Shown: positions 9,116 through 18,269 of the stretch, piece after piece | Layout: each line of letters opens with the position of its first letter | How positions within the stretch are numbered: the first letter of the stretch is position 1 | Origin: Gammaproteobacteria bacterium | GTDB lineage: Bacteria; Pseudomonadota; Gammaproteobacteria; QQUJ01 | Reading direction: 5' to 3' | NCBI GenBank assembly: GCA_050287605.1 | Contig: JBNKCG010000081.1 | Coordinates: 18 to 64,017 of the forward strand | Length of the DNA stretch: 64,000 nucleotides | Notes under the pieces: model-generated | Databases searched by the model: none | What the model saw: only the letters and a program-made list of their open reading frames with translations | What the model was told of the DNA's origin: nothing | Translations under genes and position numbers: made by a program

Positions 9116-10125
9116 TGCGAACTCCCTTCGCCCTCGTCCGCCAGCGCCGGGTCGCGCGGCGCCTGGATCAGCAGCCGGTCATCGGGCTGCGCCAGATGCG
9201 GCGCGATGAGAAAGTTCTTCTGCGACGCGCGCAGGGTGCGATCGGCCTCGTAGAGGACGTTGCGACCCTCCTGCACGATGCCCGCCAGTTGCGGCGTCGC
9301 CGCGCGCAGCTGCCCCGAGACCGTCTTCAGATCGTCGAGGATCTGGGCGATGTCCACCGCATGGGCGGGAAATTCCCGGGTGCTGCTCTCCAGGCGCTCC
9401 AGCGTGACGGCGACGCTGCCGAGGATGCGATTGAGTTCGCTCTGGGTCTGGATGACGCGCTGGACCACCTCGGCGCTGTTGCTGGTGATCTGCTCCAGGT
9501 TGGCGAGACTGCGGTGGAATTCGTCTTCCGTGCGCAGCAGCGAACCCGACAGCTTCGCGAACTGCGCGAGGCTTTGGTTGAAGCTGGCCAAACCGCTTTG
9601 CAGGTCGCCCTGCGGGTCCAGGAGCCGCGAGGACAATTCGGCGTGATTGGCGAGAATCTTGTCGATCTGCTCCAGGCGCTGCGGCAGGTTGGCCATCAGA
9701 TCGGGCAGCCCGCTGGTCTGGATCAGCGGCAGCTCACCATTCTCGGCGATGGCGGGTTGGTCCGATGCGCCGATGGCGATGTCGATATAGGGATTGCCGA
9801 ACGGAGGATTGATGAGGGTGGCGCGCGAATCCTCGCGGATCTTGTCGCGGTAGCGTTCCTCGATCTCCATCACCACGCGGATCTGGTTGTCGGAGGTGAT
9901 ATCCAGCGCCTTCACGCTGCCGACGGAGATGCCCGCCAGGGTCACCGGCGTGCCAACGCGAATGGTGTCGGCCCGGCTCACCACGGCGTGGACGGAGAAA
10001 CGGTGTGCGAACGGAATGGCCTGCCCGCGCAGCTGGTAGACCAGATAGAACAGCGCCAGGAGGGTGAGCAGGATCAACAGCCCCACCAGGCGCTTCTGAT
10101 TGACCTGCGCAGCGGATGAACTCAT
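9112..10125 (-). CDS. MCE-family (MlaD-like) substrate-binding protein with a long C-terminal helical extension
   Basis: N-terminal TM segment and an MCE domain (VGTPVTLAGISVGSVKALDI…). The start MSSSAAQ at 10125 is ATGA-coupled to the ATPase stop. Confidence 0.8.
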   Translation of the reverse strand: MSSSAAQVNQKRLVGLLILLTLLALFYLVYQLRGQAIPFAHRFSVHAVVSRADTIRVGTPVTLAGISVGSVKALDITSDNQIRVVMEIEERYRDKIREDSRATLINPPFGNPYIDIAIGASDQPAIAENGELPLIQTSGLPDLMANLPQRLEQIDKILANHAELSSRLLDPQGDLQSGLASFNQSLAQFAKLSGSLLRTEDEFHRSLANLEQITSNSAEVVQRVIQTQSELNRILGSVAVTLERLESSTREFPAHAVDIAQILDDLKTVSGQLRAATPQLAGIVQEGRNVLYEADRTLRASQKNFLIAPHLAQPDDRLLIQAPRDPALADEGEGSSH

Positions 10126-10841
10126 GGCATGGCCCTTCGGGCGTCGCTGACGACGGTCGCCGGCGGCGTGCGATCGATGCGGAATGCGTCCGGTCCCAGA
10201 TGCGCGCGATGGGGTCGCAGCGCACCGAAGCGCGACGCCCACGCGGCGGGGGCACAGGCGATCAGGGTACGGTCGCCGTCCATCAGGCGTGCCAGCAGCA
10301 TCTCCGTGTCGGGTTCGTCAGGCGGCAGGTAGAGGGGCAGATCGTCCATCAGCAGCAATTGCGGACGCAGCAACAAGATACGCAGCAGCGCCACGCGCCG
10401 CCGCTGGCGTCCGGTGAGCTGCGATACGCGCTGCCCCAGCAGTGCGGGCGGCTCGCCGAGGGCCGCCAACTCCCCGCTCACCCACCGCTCCAGCTCCGCC
10501 GGGCGCTGCCTGGCGCTGCGGTAGCGCAGCGGCAGCAGCAGATTCTCCGCGACGCTCCAGGAGGGGATCAGGCCGTCGCGCTCCAGCACCACACCCAGCT
10601 TTTCGCGTAGACGCAGCAGCTTGCGCTGCGGCAAGTGCTGGATATCGGTACCGAACAGGGAGACCCGTCCCGCCGCCGGCTGTATCAGTCCCGCCAGCAG
10701 TTTGATCAGCGTCGTCTTTCCCGACCCGGCGGCGCCGTCCAGCAGCCACACCTCGCCGGCCTGTACGCGCCACTCCACCAACGGCGACTGCCCGGCAACG
10801 GGTAGCTGGACACCGGTCAGCTCGCAGACCGACTCATGCAT
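10122..10841 (-). CDS. ABC-transporter ATP-binding protein (MlaF-like) with degenerate catalytic motifs
   Basis: Walker A GAAGSGKTT. Signature motif LTGRQ instead of LSGGQ. Walker B LLLMDD has Asp in place of the catalytic Glu. No H-loop histidine. Confidence 0.8.
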   Translation of the reverse strand: MHESVCELTGVQLPVAGQSPLVEWRVQAGEVWLLDGAAGSGKTTLIKLLAGLIQPAAGRVSLFGTDIQHLPQRKLLRLREKLGVVLERDGLIPSWSVAENLLLPLRYRSARQRPAELERWVSGELAALGEPPALLGQRVSQLTGRQRRRVALLRILLLRPQLLLMDDLPLYLPPDEPDTEMLLARLMDGDRTLIACAPAAWASRFGALRPHRAHLGPDAFRIDRTPPATVVSDARRAMP

Positions 10842-11652
10842 AGAGCACCGCCGAAACCAGCACCGTCATCAACACGCACAGCGCCGAGGAGACCACGAAC
10901 GACTGCGGCAGCCGGCGCGCCGTGTCCAGCGAGGAGCGGGTATGAAACCCGAAACTGGAATGCACCAGGGCGATGATGATGCCGCACAGGATGATCAGGC
11001 CGGTACCGGCCAGGATGTCGATGATGCGCAGATTCTCGACGGTGCGCGCCACGAACGCGGCGAAGGGAATTTGGTGATAGCTCACCGAAAAGAGCGCCGC
11101 GCCGATCACCGCCGCGACGTTGGCCCAGAAGGTGAGAATCAGCAGCGACAGCACCACGCCGAACAGACGCGGCAGCACCAGGAACTGATGCGGTTCGATA
11201 CCCTGGGTGATCAGGGTCTCGATGGTCTGATTGAGCTGCAACTCGCCCAGTTCCGCGGTGATGGCCGTTCCCGAACGCCCGATGACCACCAGCGCGGTGA
11301 CCAGCGGCGTAACCTGATGGAACAGCACCACGTTCATGACCCGCGCCAGCAGGTCCAGCTCGCTGACGTGAAACGCGTACAGCGGCAGCATGGTGAGAAT
11401 GCCCAACGCCGCGCCCACGAAGGCGACCATCCAGACGCTTTGTACGGCGGTGAAATAGATCTGCTGCAGCGTCAACCGGCGCAGATAAAATCGGGCGCCG
11501 CGGCGGATGGTGAAGATGCCGGCGATGGCATTGGCGAGCAGGTAGAGCGCGTCGGCAATGCGGCGGGCGGCGTTGATGCCCGATTCGCCCAACCCCTCCA
11601 ACTGTCTGAGCGCGGCGGCCCGATACCCCTGTGTGGTGGCGATTTCATTCAT
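10834..11652 (-). CDS. MlaE-family ABC transporter permease
   Basis: 272-aa protein with five TM helices. MlaE/Ttg2B-like sequence throughout. Confidence 0.85.
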   Translation of the reverse strand: MNEIATTQGYRAAALRQLEGLGESGINAARRIADALYLLANAIAGIFTIRRGARFYLRRLTLQQIYFTAVQSVWMVAFVGAALGILTMLPLYAFHVSELDLLARVMNVVLFHQVTPLVTALVVIGRSGTAITAELGELQLNQTIETLITQGIEPHQFLVLPRLFGVVLSLLILTFWANVAAVIGAALFSVSYHQIPFAAFVARTVENLRIIDILAGTGLIILCGIIIALVHSSFGFHTRSSLDTARRLPQSFVVSSALCVLMTVLVSAVLYA

Positions 11653-11791
11653 TGGGATGGAAAATCCGCCGCTACGTCAGCACTACCCTGGCACGCGCGA
11701 TGGCGGGGTAACGCGAACCGGTTCGCACTTCCCCGCGACCTTAGGCGGGGCGACGGCCACTCGACCGCCGCCCGCACTCTGGTTGGCGGCG

Positions 11792-12262
11792 TCAGACGTG
11801 ATAACTGAAGTGGGCGCTACGTGACGCACTCATCAATTGGCGAAATTGGGGACCGCTGAGCTGGAGCAGCTGCTCGTGATCGCCGGCCTCCACGTACACC
11901 GAGTCCATGTGCATGAGACTTTCATCGCACACCGTCTCCAGACCGTAGGCCGACGCGAGGGCGGGAATGGCGCCCAGTTCGCAATCCTTGAACAGCTCAC
12001 CCACCTCACGCTCCGAGGCAATGGCCAGGTTGCGCTGGATCTGGTTGTGCAGCATGCCGAGCTCCAGTTTGTGCGTGGCAGGGAGCACGGCGACGACGTA
12101 GCCCTCCTCGTCTTCGAGCAGTACCGCTTTGGCGATCTGGTCGCCGGAGACATGGGCGGCGTGGGCGGTATCCATGCTCGAGTAAGTGTGGGGGTGGCGC
12201 ACGGTTCCGTACCCCACGCCGTGTGACGAAAGGTAATTCTCAAGAGTGATTGCGAGTGCCAT
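11792..12262 (-). CDS. YbaK/ProX-like aminoacyl-tRNA deacylase domain protein
   Basis: About 156 aa with a GTVRHP…AKAVLL pattern. The start at 12262 has a GGAGGTG RBS. Confidence 0.5.
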   Translation of the reverse strand: MALAITLENYLSSHGVGYGTVRHPHTYSSMDTAHAAHVSGDQIAKAVLLEDEEGYVVAVLPATHKLELGMLHNQIQRNLAIASEREVGELFKDCELGAIPALASAYGLETVCDESLMHMDSVYVEAGDHEQLLQLSGPQFRQLMSASRSAHFSYHV

Positions 12263-12343
12263 GAGACACCTCCATGGCGTTGTGCCGGTTGCGGGAAGGG
12301 ATGCACCCAAAGTATAGGTGCTGCTACCGGGTCGGGCGGGGTC

Positions 12344-13672
12344 TCAGGTGCTTTGCGGATCGAGGCTTCGCAGCGCCAGCCCCGCCCGGCACGCCAGGCT
12401 CACGAATCCGGGGAACGAAGTGGCAACGTTGGCGCAGTCGTCGATGGTGACGGGAGCCTCGGCGCACAGCCCGGCCATGGCAAAAGCCATGGCGATGCGA
12501 TGGTCGCCGTGGCTGTTCACGCGACCGCCGCGCAAGGCACCGCCGCGGATGACGATGCCGTCGGGCGTGGGCCGGGCGTCGATGCCCAGCACCTGCAGAC
12601 CATCGGCCATCACCTGGATACGGTCGCTCTCCTTGACCCGCAGTTCTTCCGCACCGCTCAGCACCGTTTCACCCTCGGCGCAGGCCGCAGCGACGAACAG
12701 CGCCGGAAATTCGTCAATGGCCAGGGGTACCAGCGCTTGCGGAATGGCGATGCCGCGCAGCGGTGCGCTGCGTACGCGCAGGTCCGCCACCGGCTCGCCG
12801 CCCTCCTCGCGCGGATCGCTCATCGCAATGTCGGCGCCCATGAGGCGCAGGATATCGATCACCCCGGTTCGCGTCGGGTTGATGCCCACCCGTTCCAGCA
12901 ACAGATCGGAACCCGCGGCAATGGAGGCGCCCACCAGAAAAAAGGCTGACGAGGAGATGTCCGCCGGGACGGTGACCGTCGTCGCCGTGAGCCGCCCGCC
13001 GCCTTCCAGGCAAACGGTCTGGCCGTCGCGCTGTACCGGATAGCCGAAACCGGCCAGCATACGTTCGGTGTGATCGCGGGTGGGGGCCGGCTCGGTGACG
13101 CAGGTACGCCCCCGGGCGTACAACCCCGCCAGCAGCAGCGACGACTTCACCTGGGCGCTGGCCATGGGCATGGCGTACTCGATGCCGCGCAGCGTGTGCC
13201 CGCCGTGGATGCGCAGCGGCGCGGTACCTTTGTCCCCGGTGTCGATGGCCGCGCCCATCTGCGTCAGCGGCGTGACCACCCGCAGCATGGGTCGCGACGA
13301 GAGCGAGGCATCCCCGGTCAGCACGGTATCGAACGGTTGCCCGGCCAGCAGTCCTGCCAACAGGCGCATGGAGGTGCCGGAGTTGCCCAGATCGAGCGGC
13401 CGCGCCGGCGCCTGCAGGCCATCGATACCCACGCCGCGGATGCGCACCCGGCCCTGATCGGGCCCTTCGATGGCGACGCCCATGGCGCGAAAGGCACGCA
13501 GCGTGGCCAGGCTGTCCTCCCCTTCCAGAAAGCCTTCGATCTCCGTCACCCCGTCGGCCAGCGCACCGAACATGATGGAGCGATGGGAGACCGACTTGTC
13601 GCCCGGCACCCGCACCCGACCGGTGAGACAGCCGCCGGGTTGTACCTGGAACGTCAGCGTGGATTCGGACAT
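12344..13672 (-). CDS. aroA: 3-phosphoshikimate 1-carboxyvinyltransferase (EPSP synthase)
   Basis: 442 aa. LPGDKSVSHR, GNSGTSMRLL and RPM motifs. Start MSESTLTF at 13672. The upstream part of the 785-aa track ORF is not coding. Confidence 0.9.
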   Translation of the reverse strand: MSESTLTFQVQPGGCLTGRVRVPGDKSVSHRSIMFGALADGVTEIEGFLEGEDSLATLRAFRAMGVAIEGPDQGRVRIRGVGIDGLQAPARPLDLGNSGTSMRLLAGLLAGQPFDTVLTGDASLSSRPMLRVVTPLTQMGAAIDTGDKGTAPLRIHGGHTLRGIEYAMPMASAQVKSSLLLAGLYARGRTCVTEPAPTRDHTERMLAGFGYPVQRDGQTVCLEGGGRLTATTVTVPADISSSAFFLVGASIAAGSDLLLERVGINPTRTGVIDILRLMGADIAMSDPREEGGEPVADLRVRSAPLRGIAIPQALVPLAIDEFPALFVAAACAEGETVLSGAEELRVKESDRIQVMADGLQVLGIDARPTPDGIVIRGGALRGGRVNSHGDHRIAMAFAMAGLCAEAPVTIDDCANVATSFPGFVSLACRAGLALRSLDPQST

Positions 13673-13674
13673 GG

Positions 13675-14553
13675 TCACTCCGGGCTGCCGGGATCGATCT
13701 GGCAGTAGCGATCGCGGGCAGTCTTGGCGCGTGAGAAGATCTCCAGCACCGTCGCGCTGTCGCCCGCGTCGATGGCGGCGCTGAGCCGCTGCAGGTCGCT
13801 GCCGAAACGGCTCAGCATCTTGAGCAGCTGATCGCGGTTGGTGAGACAGATGTCGTGCCACATCTGCGGGTCGCTGGAGGCGATGCGCGTGAAGTCGCGG
13901 AACCCGCCGGCGGCGAAACGGAAGATCTCGCGGTGCTCCTCCATGCGCGCCAGGGCATCCACCAGCGAATAGGCCAGCATGTGCGGCAGGTGGCTGGTGG
14001 CGGCCAACACCTCGTCGTGGTGTTCGATCTCCATCGCCTCCACCTGCGCACCCGCCTGCTCCCACATCCAGCGCACCCGGGCGGTAGCGGTGGGGTCGGT
14101 GTGCGCCACCGGCGTCAGGATGACGCGCCGGCCGCGGTAGAGCTCGGGGAAGGCGGCCGCCGGACCGCTCTGTTCGGTTCCGGCGATGGGGTGGCCGGGC
14201 ACCAGCCGCGGCGGCACTTGGCCGAACGCCGCGGCGGCGGCACGTATCACGTGTCCTTTGGTGCTGCCGGCATCGGTGAGCACGGTCGCGGGCGAGATGG
14301 CCGGTGCGATGGCGCGGAACACCCCCTCCATGGCCAGCATGGGGACGGCCACCACCACCAGATCGGCACCCGCGGCAGCGCGGACGGGGTCGGTCTCGCC
14401 TGCGTCGATGATGCCCAGTTCGCGGGCGGTAGCCAGCGACTCCGTACTGCGGTTGCAGCCGATGACGTGACCCACCGCTCCAGCCTGGCGCAACGCCAGG
14501 GCCAGGGAGCCGCCGATCAGGCCGACGCCAATGATGCAGAGGCGCTCGATCAT
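13675..14553 (-). CDS. tyrA: Prephenate/arogenate dehydrogenase
   Basis: Rossmann fold GVGLIGGSLALAL. C-terminal prephenate dehydrogenase domain. Its stop is 3 nt from the aroA start. Confidence 0.85.
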   Translation of the reverse strand: MIERLCIIGVGLIGGSLALALRQAGAVGHVIGCNRSTESLATARELGIIDAGETDPVRAAAGADLVVVAVPMLAMEGVFRAIAPAISPATVLTDAGSTKGHVIRAAAAAFGQVPPRLVPGHPIAGTEQSGPAAAFPELYRGRRVILTPVAHTDPTATARVRWMWEQAGAQVEAMEIEHHDEVLAATSHLPHMLAYSLVDALARMEEHREIFRFAAGGFRDFTRIASSDPQMWHDICLTNRDQLLKMLSRFGSDLQRLSAAIDAGDSATVLEIFSRAKTARDRYCQIDPGSPE

Positions 14554-14592
14554 GCTCCAGATCCAAAGCGTCGCCGCAGGCGACACCATCGT

Positions 14593-14618
14593 CCCTCTCC
14601 CTCGTCAGCGGGAGAGGG
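14593..14618 (-). promoter_or_regulatory. Perfect palindrome (CCCTCTCCC … GGGAGAGGG) in the hisC-tyrA intergenic region. Possible internal attenuator or processing hairpin.
   Basis: 9-bp GC stem with an 8-nt loop. A second palindrome GTCGCCGCAGGCGAC lies at 14568-14582. No T-run follows either. Confidence 0.35.
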
Positions 14619-14710
14619 GGTGATCGCCCGCGTACAGCGGGTGGTGGGGAAAGGGCCACACACGCTCGCGCCAATCTCAACCATTTGCGAGGAGACGACA
14701 CACACAGCCA

Positions 14711-15832
14711 TCAACCTCCCAACACCGTACCCAACGCCTCCACCACCCGTCGGTTCTGCGCTTGCGTGCCGACGGTGATGCGCAGATGGTTCGGCATGCC
14801 GTAGTTGGCCACCGGACGCACGATCACCCCTTTATGCAGAAGGCTTTCGTAGATGGGGCCCGCCGGCCGGCCGAAATCAACGCTGAGGAAGTTGCCCACC
14901 GAGGGGATGTACCCCAGCCCCAGCGCGTTGCAGGCGTCGGTCAGTTGCACCATGCCGCGGCGGTTCTCCTCCACGGCGCGTTGCACGTGTCCCTGATCTC
15001 CCAGGGCCGCGCACGCCGCCGCCATGGCCGCGGCGTTGACGTTGAAGGGATGGCGCACCCGGTTGAGCAGGTCCGCTATCTCCGGGCTGGAGAGCGCGTA
15101 ACCCACGCGCAGCCCGGCCAGTCCGTAGGCCTTGGAGAAGGTGCGGCACACCACCAGGTTCGGGAAGCGCCCCAGCCACTGCGAGGCATCGGGGTAGTCG
15201 GCTTCGTCCACGTATTCGATGTACGCCTCGTCCACCACCACGATGACCCGCGGCGGCAGGTCCGCGATGAATGCCTCCAGCTCCGCACGCTTCAGCCAGG
15301 TACCGGTGGGGTTGTTGGGGTTGGCGATGAAGACCACCGCCGTGTTGTCGTTGACCAGGGCGCGCATCGCCTCCAGGTCGTGTCCGAAGGCGGGACCGCG
15401 GCTGCCGTCGTGTGCCGGGGCAATGCGGCTGGTGGCGCCGCAGGCCAGCGTGGTGAGGTGATAGACGACGAAGGCGTGCGCGGAATAGACCGACTCACGA
15501 CCGGGTGTCAGAAACACCCGCCCCACCAGATCCAGCACGTCGTTGGAGCCGTTGCCCAGCGTAATCTGGGCCGGATCGATGCCGTGGTGGCGGCTCAGAG
15601 CCGCGCGCAGCTCAAAGCCGCCGCCGTCGGGATAGAAGGCCATCTCATCCAACGCCTTGCGTGCCGCCTCCACCGCGGCCGGGCTGGCACCCAGCGGGTT
15701 TTCGTTGGAGGCCAGCTTGATGGCGTTCTTGATGCCGTACTGACGCTCCAGCTCGGAGAGGGGTTTGCCGGGCTGATACGGCTGCAGCCCCTGAACTCCC
15801 GGGGCGGCAAGGTCGACGAAAGAGACGCTCAT
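14711..15832 (-). CDS. hisC: Histidinol-phosphate aminotransferase
   Basis: 373 aa. PLP-binding lysine motif TFSKAYGLAGLRVGY. Typical HisC N-terminus (…LQPYQPGKP…). Confidence 0.9.
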   Translation of the reverse strand: MSVSFVDLAAPGVQGLQPYQPGKPLSELERQYGIKNAIKLASNENPLGASPAAVEAARKALDEMAFYPDGGGFELRAALSRHHGIDPAQITLGNGSNDVLDLVGRVFLTPGRESVYSAHAFVVYHLTTLACGATSRIAPAHDGSRGPAFGHDLEAMRALVNDNTAVVFIANPNNPTGTWLKRAELEAFIADLPPRVIVVVDEAYIEYVDEADYPDASQWLGRFPNLVVCRTFSKAYGLAGLRVGYALSSPEIADLLNRVRHPFNVNAAAMAAACAALGDQGHVQRAVEENRRGMVQLTDACNALGLGYIPSVGNFLSVDFGRPAGPIYESLLHKGVIVRPVANYGMPNHLRITVGTQAQNRRVVEALGTVLGG

Positions 15833-15881
15833 AGATCAACTCCTGGCTGGCGCCGGCGACATAGGTTGGAAATCACGACGT

Positions 15882-16973
15882 CTAGAGTACGGCCTTGGGA
15901 TACGAACCCAGCACCTTGAACAGCGTGGCACCGTCTTCCAGCTCTGCCAGCGCAGCTTTGACATTGGGTTCGTCGACATGGCCTTCGACGTCGATGAAAA
16001 AGACATAGTCCCAGGTCCCGCGGCGCGAGGGGCGCGACTCGATGCGTGTCATGCTGATGCCGTGGGTATTGAGCGGATTGAGCAGACGGTACAGCGCGCC
16101 GGGCTTGTTGGCCGTGGAGAGCAGCAGCGTGGTCTTGTCGTTGCCGCTGGGCGGCACCTGGTTGCGGCCGATGATGAGAAACCGCGTGGTGTTGTCCGGC
16201 TCGTCCTCGATGTTGGAGACCAGCACCTGGAGCCCGTAGATCTCCGCGGCCACGGCACCGGCGATGGCCGCGGCATCCTCCTCGGCGGCGGCGCGCCGCG
16301 CGGCCTCGGCGTTGCTGCTGACCGGCTCGCGCTCCACGTGGGGGAAGTTGAGGTCCAGCCACTCACGGCACTGCGCCAGCGACTGGTGATGCGAGTAGAC
16401 GCGCTTGATGCGGTTCAGCTCCCCGGCCTTGCCCAGCAGGTGATGATGGATGCGCAGCTCCACCTCACCGCAGATCTTGAGCGGCGAGAGCACGAAGGTA
16501 TCCAGCGTATGGTTGATCACCCCCTCGGTGGAGTTCTCCACCGGCACTACGCCGTAGTGCGCCGCGCCCGACTCCACCTCGCGGAACACCTCGTCGATGG
16601 CGGCCAACGGAACGGTATTGATGGAGTTGCCAAAATGCTTGTGGGCCGCCGCCTGGGTAAACGTCCCCTCGGGGCCGAGGAAGGCGATGTTCATCGGCTT
16701 TTCCAGCGCCAGGCAGGCCGACATGATCTCGCGGAACAGCCGCGCCATCTCCTCGCCGCTGAGCGGCCCGGTGTTACGCTCCACCACCCCACGCAGCACC
16801 CTGGCCTCGCGCTCCGGCCGGTAGTACTCGGACTGGTCCATGCCCGTCGAACGTTTGATCTGCCCCACTTCCGTCGCGCATTGAGCGCGCCGGGAGATCA
16901 GCACCTGGATCTGCTCGTCCAGCGCATCGATCTCCCGGCGGTAGTCGTCGATCTGCTTGTCGGAATCGCTCAT
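15882..16973 (-). CDS. pheA: Bifunctional chorismate mutase/prephenate dehydratase
   Basis: N-terminal chorismate mutase helix, PDT domain (TRF…ESRP) and C-terminal ACT domain. Confidence 0.9.
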   Translation of the reverse strand: MSDSDKQIDDYRREIDALDEQIQVLISRRAQCATEVGQIKRSTGMDQSEYYRPEREARVLRGVVERNTGPLSGEEMARLFREIMSACLALEKPMNIAFLGPEGTFTQAAAHKHFGNSINTVPLAAIDEVFREVESGAAHYGVVPVENSTEGVINHTLDTFVLSPLKICGEVELRIHHHLLGKAGELNRIKRVYSHHQSLAQCREWLDLNFPHVEREPVSSNAEAARRAAAEEDAAAIAGAVAAEIYGLQVLVSNIEDEPDNTTRFLIIGRNQVPPSGNDKTTLLLSTANKPGALYRLLNPLNTHGISMTRIESRPSRRGTWDYVFFIDVEGHVDEPNVKAALAELEDGATLFKVLGSYPKAVL

Positions 16974-16995
16974 GGGTGCGGTGGGGCCTAACCAC

Positions 16996-18162
16996 TCAGA
17001 TGGTGCGGACGCTCAGCACGCCCTCGATGGCGCTGATCTCGGTCACCGTGGTCTCGGGAATCGCGCTCGCCACATCCACCACAGTGTAGGCGAGGTCGCC
17101 GCGCGACTTGTTGAGCATATCGACGATGTTGAGCCCCGCCTTGGCGAGATCGGTGGAGATCTGCCCCAGCATGTTGGGCACGTTGGCGTTGACCACCGTG
17201 AGTCGGTAGTTCCCGTTGTCGCGCGGCATCACCACTTCGGGGAAGTTGACCGAGTTGGTGACGTTGCCGTTCTCAAGGTACTCGCGCACCTGATCGGCCA
17301 CCATGATGGCGCAGTTGTCCTCCGCCTCCACCGTCGAAGCGCCCAGGTGCGGCAGCGTGATGACGCGCGGATGTTGCTTGAGCAGGTTGGAAGGAAAATC
17401 GCAAACGTAACTGTAGACCTTGCCCTCGTCGATGGCATCGACCACCGCCTGGTTGTCGAGAATGCCGTCGCGCGAGAAGTTGAGCAGTACCACACCCTTC
17501 TTCATCAGCTTCAACCGGTCGGCATTGATCATGCCGCGCGTGGCGTCTATCAACGGCACGTGGAACGTGACGAAGTCGCTACGCGCCAACAAATCGTCCA
17601 CGCTGGTTGCCTGCTTGACCTGCGACGAGAGTTGCCAGGCGCGCTGCACGGTGATGTCGGGGTCGTAGCCGATCACGTTCATGCCCAGCGCCAGTGCCGC
17701 ATTGGCCACCTTGACGCCGATGGCCCCCAGACCGATGACGCCCAAGGTGCGGCCGGGCAGTTCGAAGCCGACGAAGTTCTTCTTGCCCGCTTCGGTAGCC
17801 TTGCTGATGGCGGCGTTGTCGCCCTCCAGTTCGCGTGCGAAGTGCCAACCCTGAGCGATGTTGCGGCACCCCAGCAGCATGCCGGCGATCACCAGCTCCT
17901 TCACCGCGTTGGCGTTGGCGCCGGGGGCGTTGAACACCGGGATGCCCTTGGCGCTCATCTTGTCCACCGGGATGTTGTTGACCCCCGCACCGGCGCGGCC
18001 CACGGCCTTCAGCGATGGCGGAATCTCCATGTCGTGCATCTTGAACGAGCGCAGCAGGATGGCGTCGGGATGTTGGATTTCGGAGGCAATCTCGTAGGAA
18101 TCGCGCGGCAAACGCTCCAATCCAGCAACTGAAATATTGTTTAGCGTCAATATCTTATACAT
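16996..18162 (-). CDS. serA: D-3-phosphoglycerate dehydrogenase with C-terminal ACT domain
   Basis: NAD-binding motif GVIGLGAIG. Catalytic His/Glu region. ACT domain at the C-terminus. An AT-rich promoter-like region lies immediately upstream. Confidence 0.9.
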   Translation of the reverse strand: MYKILTLNNISVAGLERLPRDSYEIASEIQHPDAILLRSFKMHDMEIPPSLKAVGRAGAGVNNIPVDKMSAKGIPVFNAPGANANAVKELVIAGMLLGCRNIAQGWHFARELEGDNAAISKATEAGKKNFVGFELPGRTLGVIGLGAIGVKVANAALALGMNVIGYDPDITVQRAWQLSSQVKQATSVDDLLARSDFVTFHVPLIDATRGMINADRLKLMKKGVVLLNFSRDGILDNQAVVDAIDEGKVYSYVCDFPSNLLKQHPRVITLPHLGASTVEAEDNCAIMVADQVREYLENGNVTNSVNFPEVVMPRDNGNYRLTVVNANVPNMLGQISTDLAKAGLNIVDMLNKSRGDLAYTVVDVASAIPETTVTEISAIEGVLSVRTI

Positions 18163-18195
18163 TTTATTTAAACCTATCTGTTATCTATTGCCAAA

Positions 18196-18250
18196 CGCGA
18201 AAATCGCCAAGACGACGGCCTCTGCCTGTCGCACCTTGGCGATTTTGCGC
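18196..18250 (-). terminator. Long hairpin (CGCGAAAATCGCCAAG … CTTGGCGATTTTGCGCG) between serC and serA. Likely a serC terminator or attenuator.
   Basis: 16-bp near-perfect inverted repeat with a 22-nt loop. Followed on the minus strand by TTTGG. Confidence 0.5.
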
Positions 18251-18269
18251 GAGACCAACCCCCATCAAT

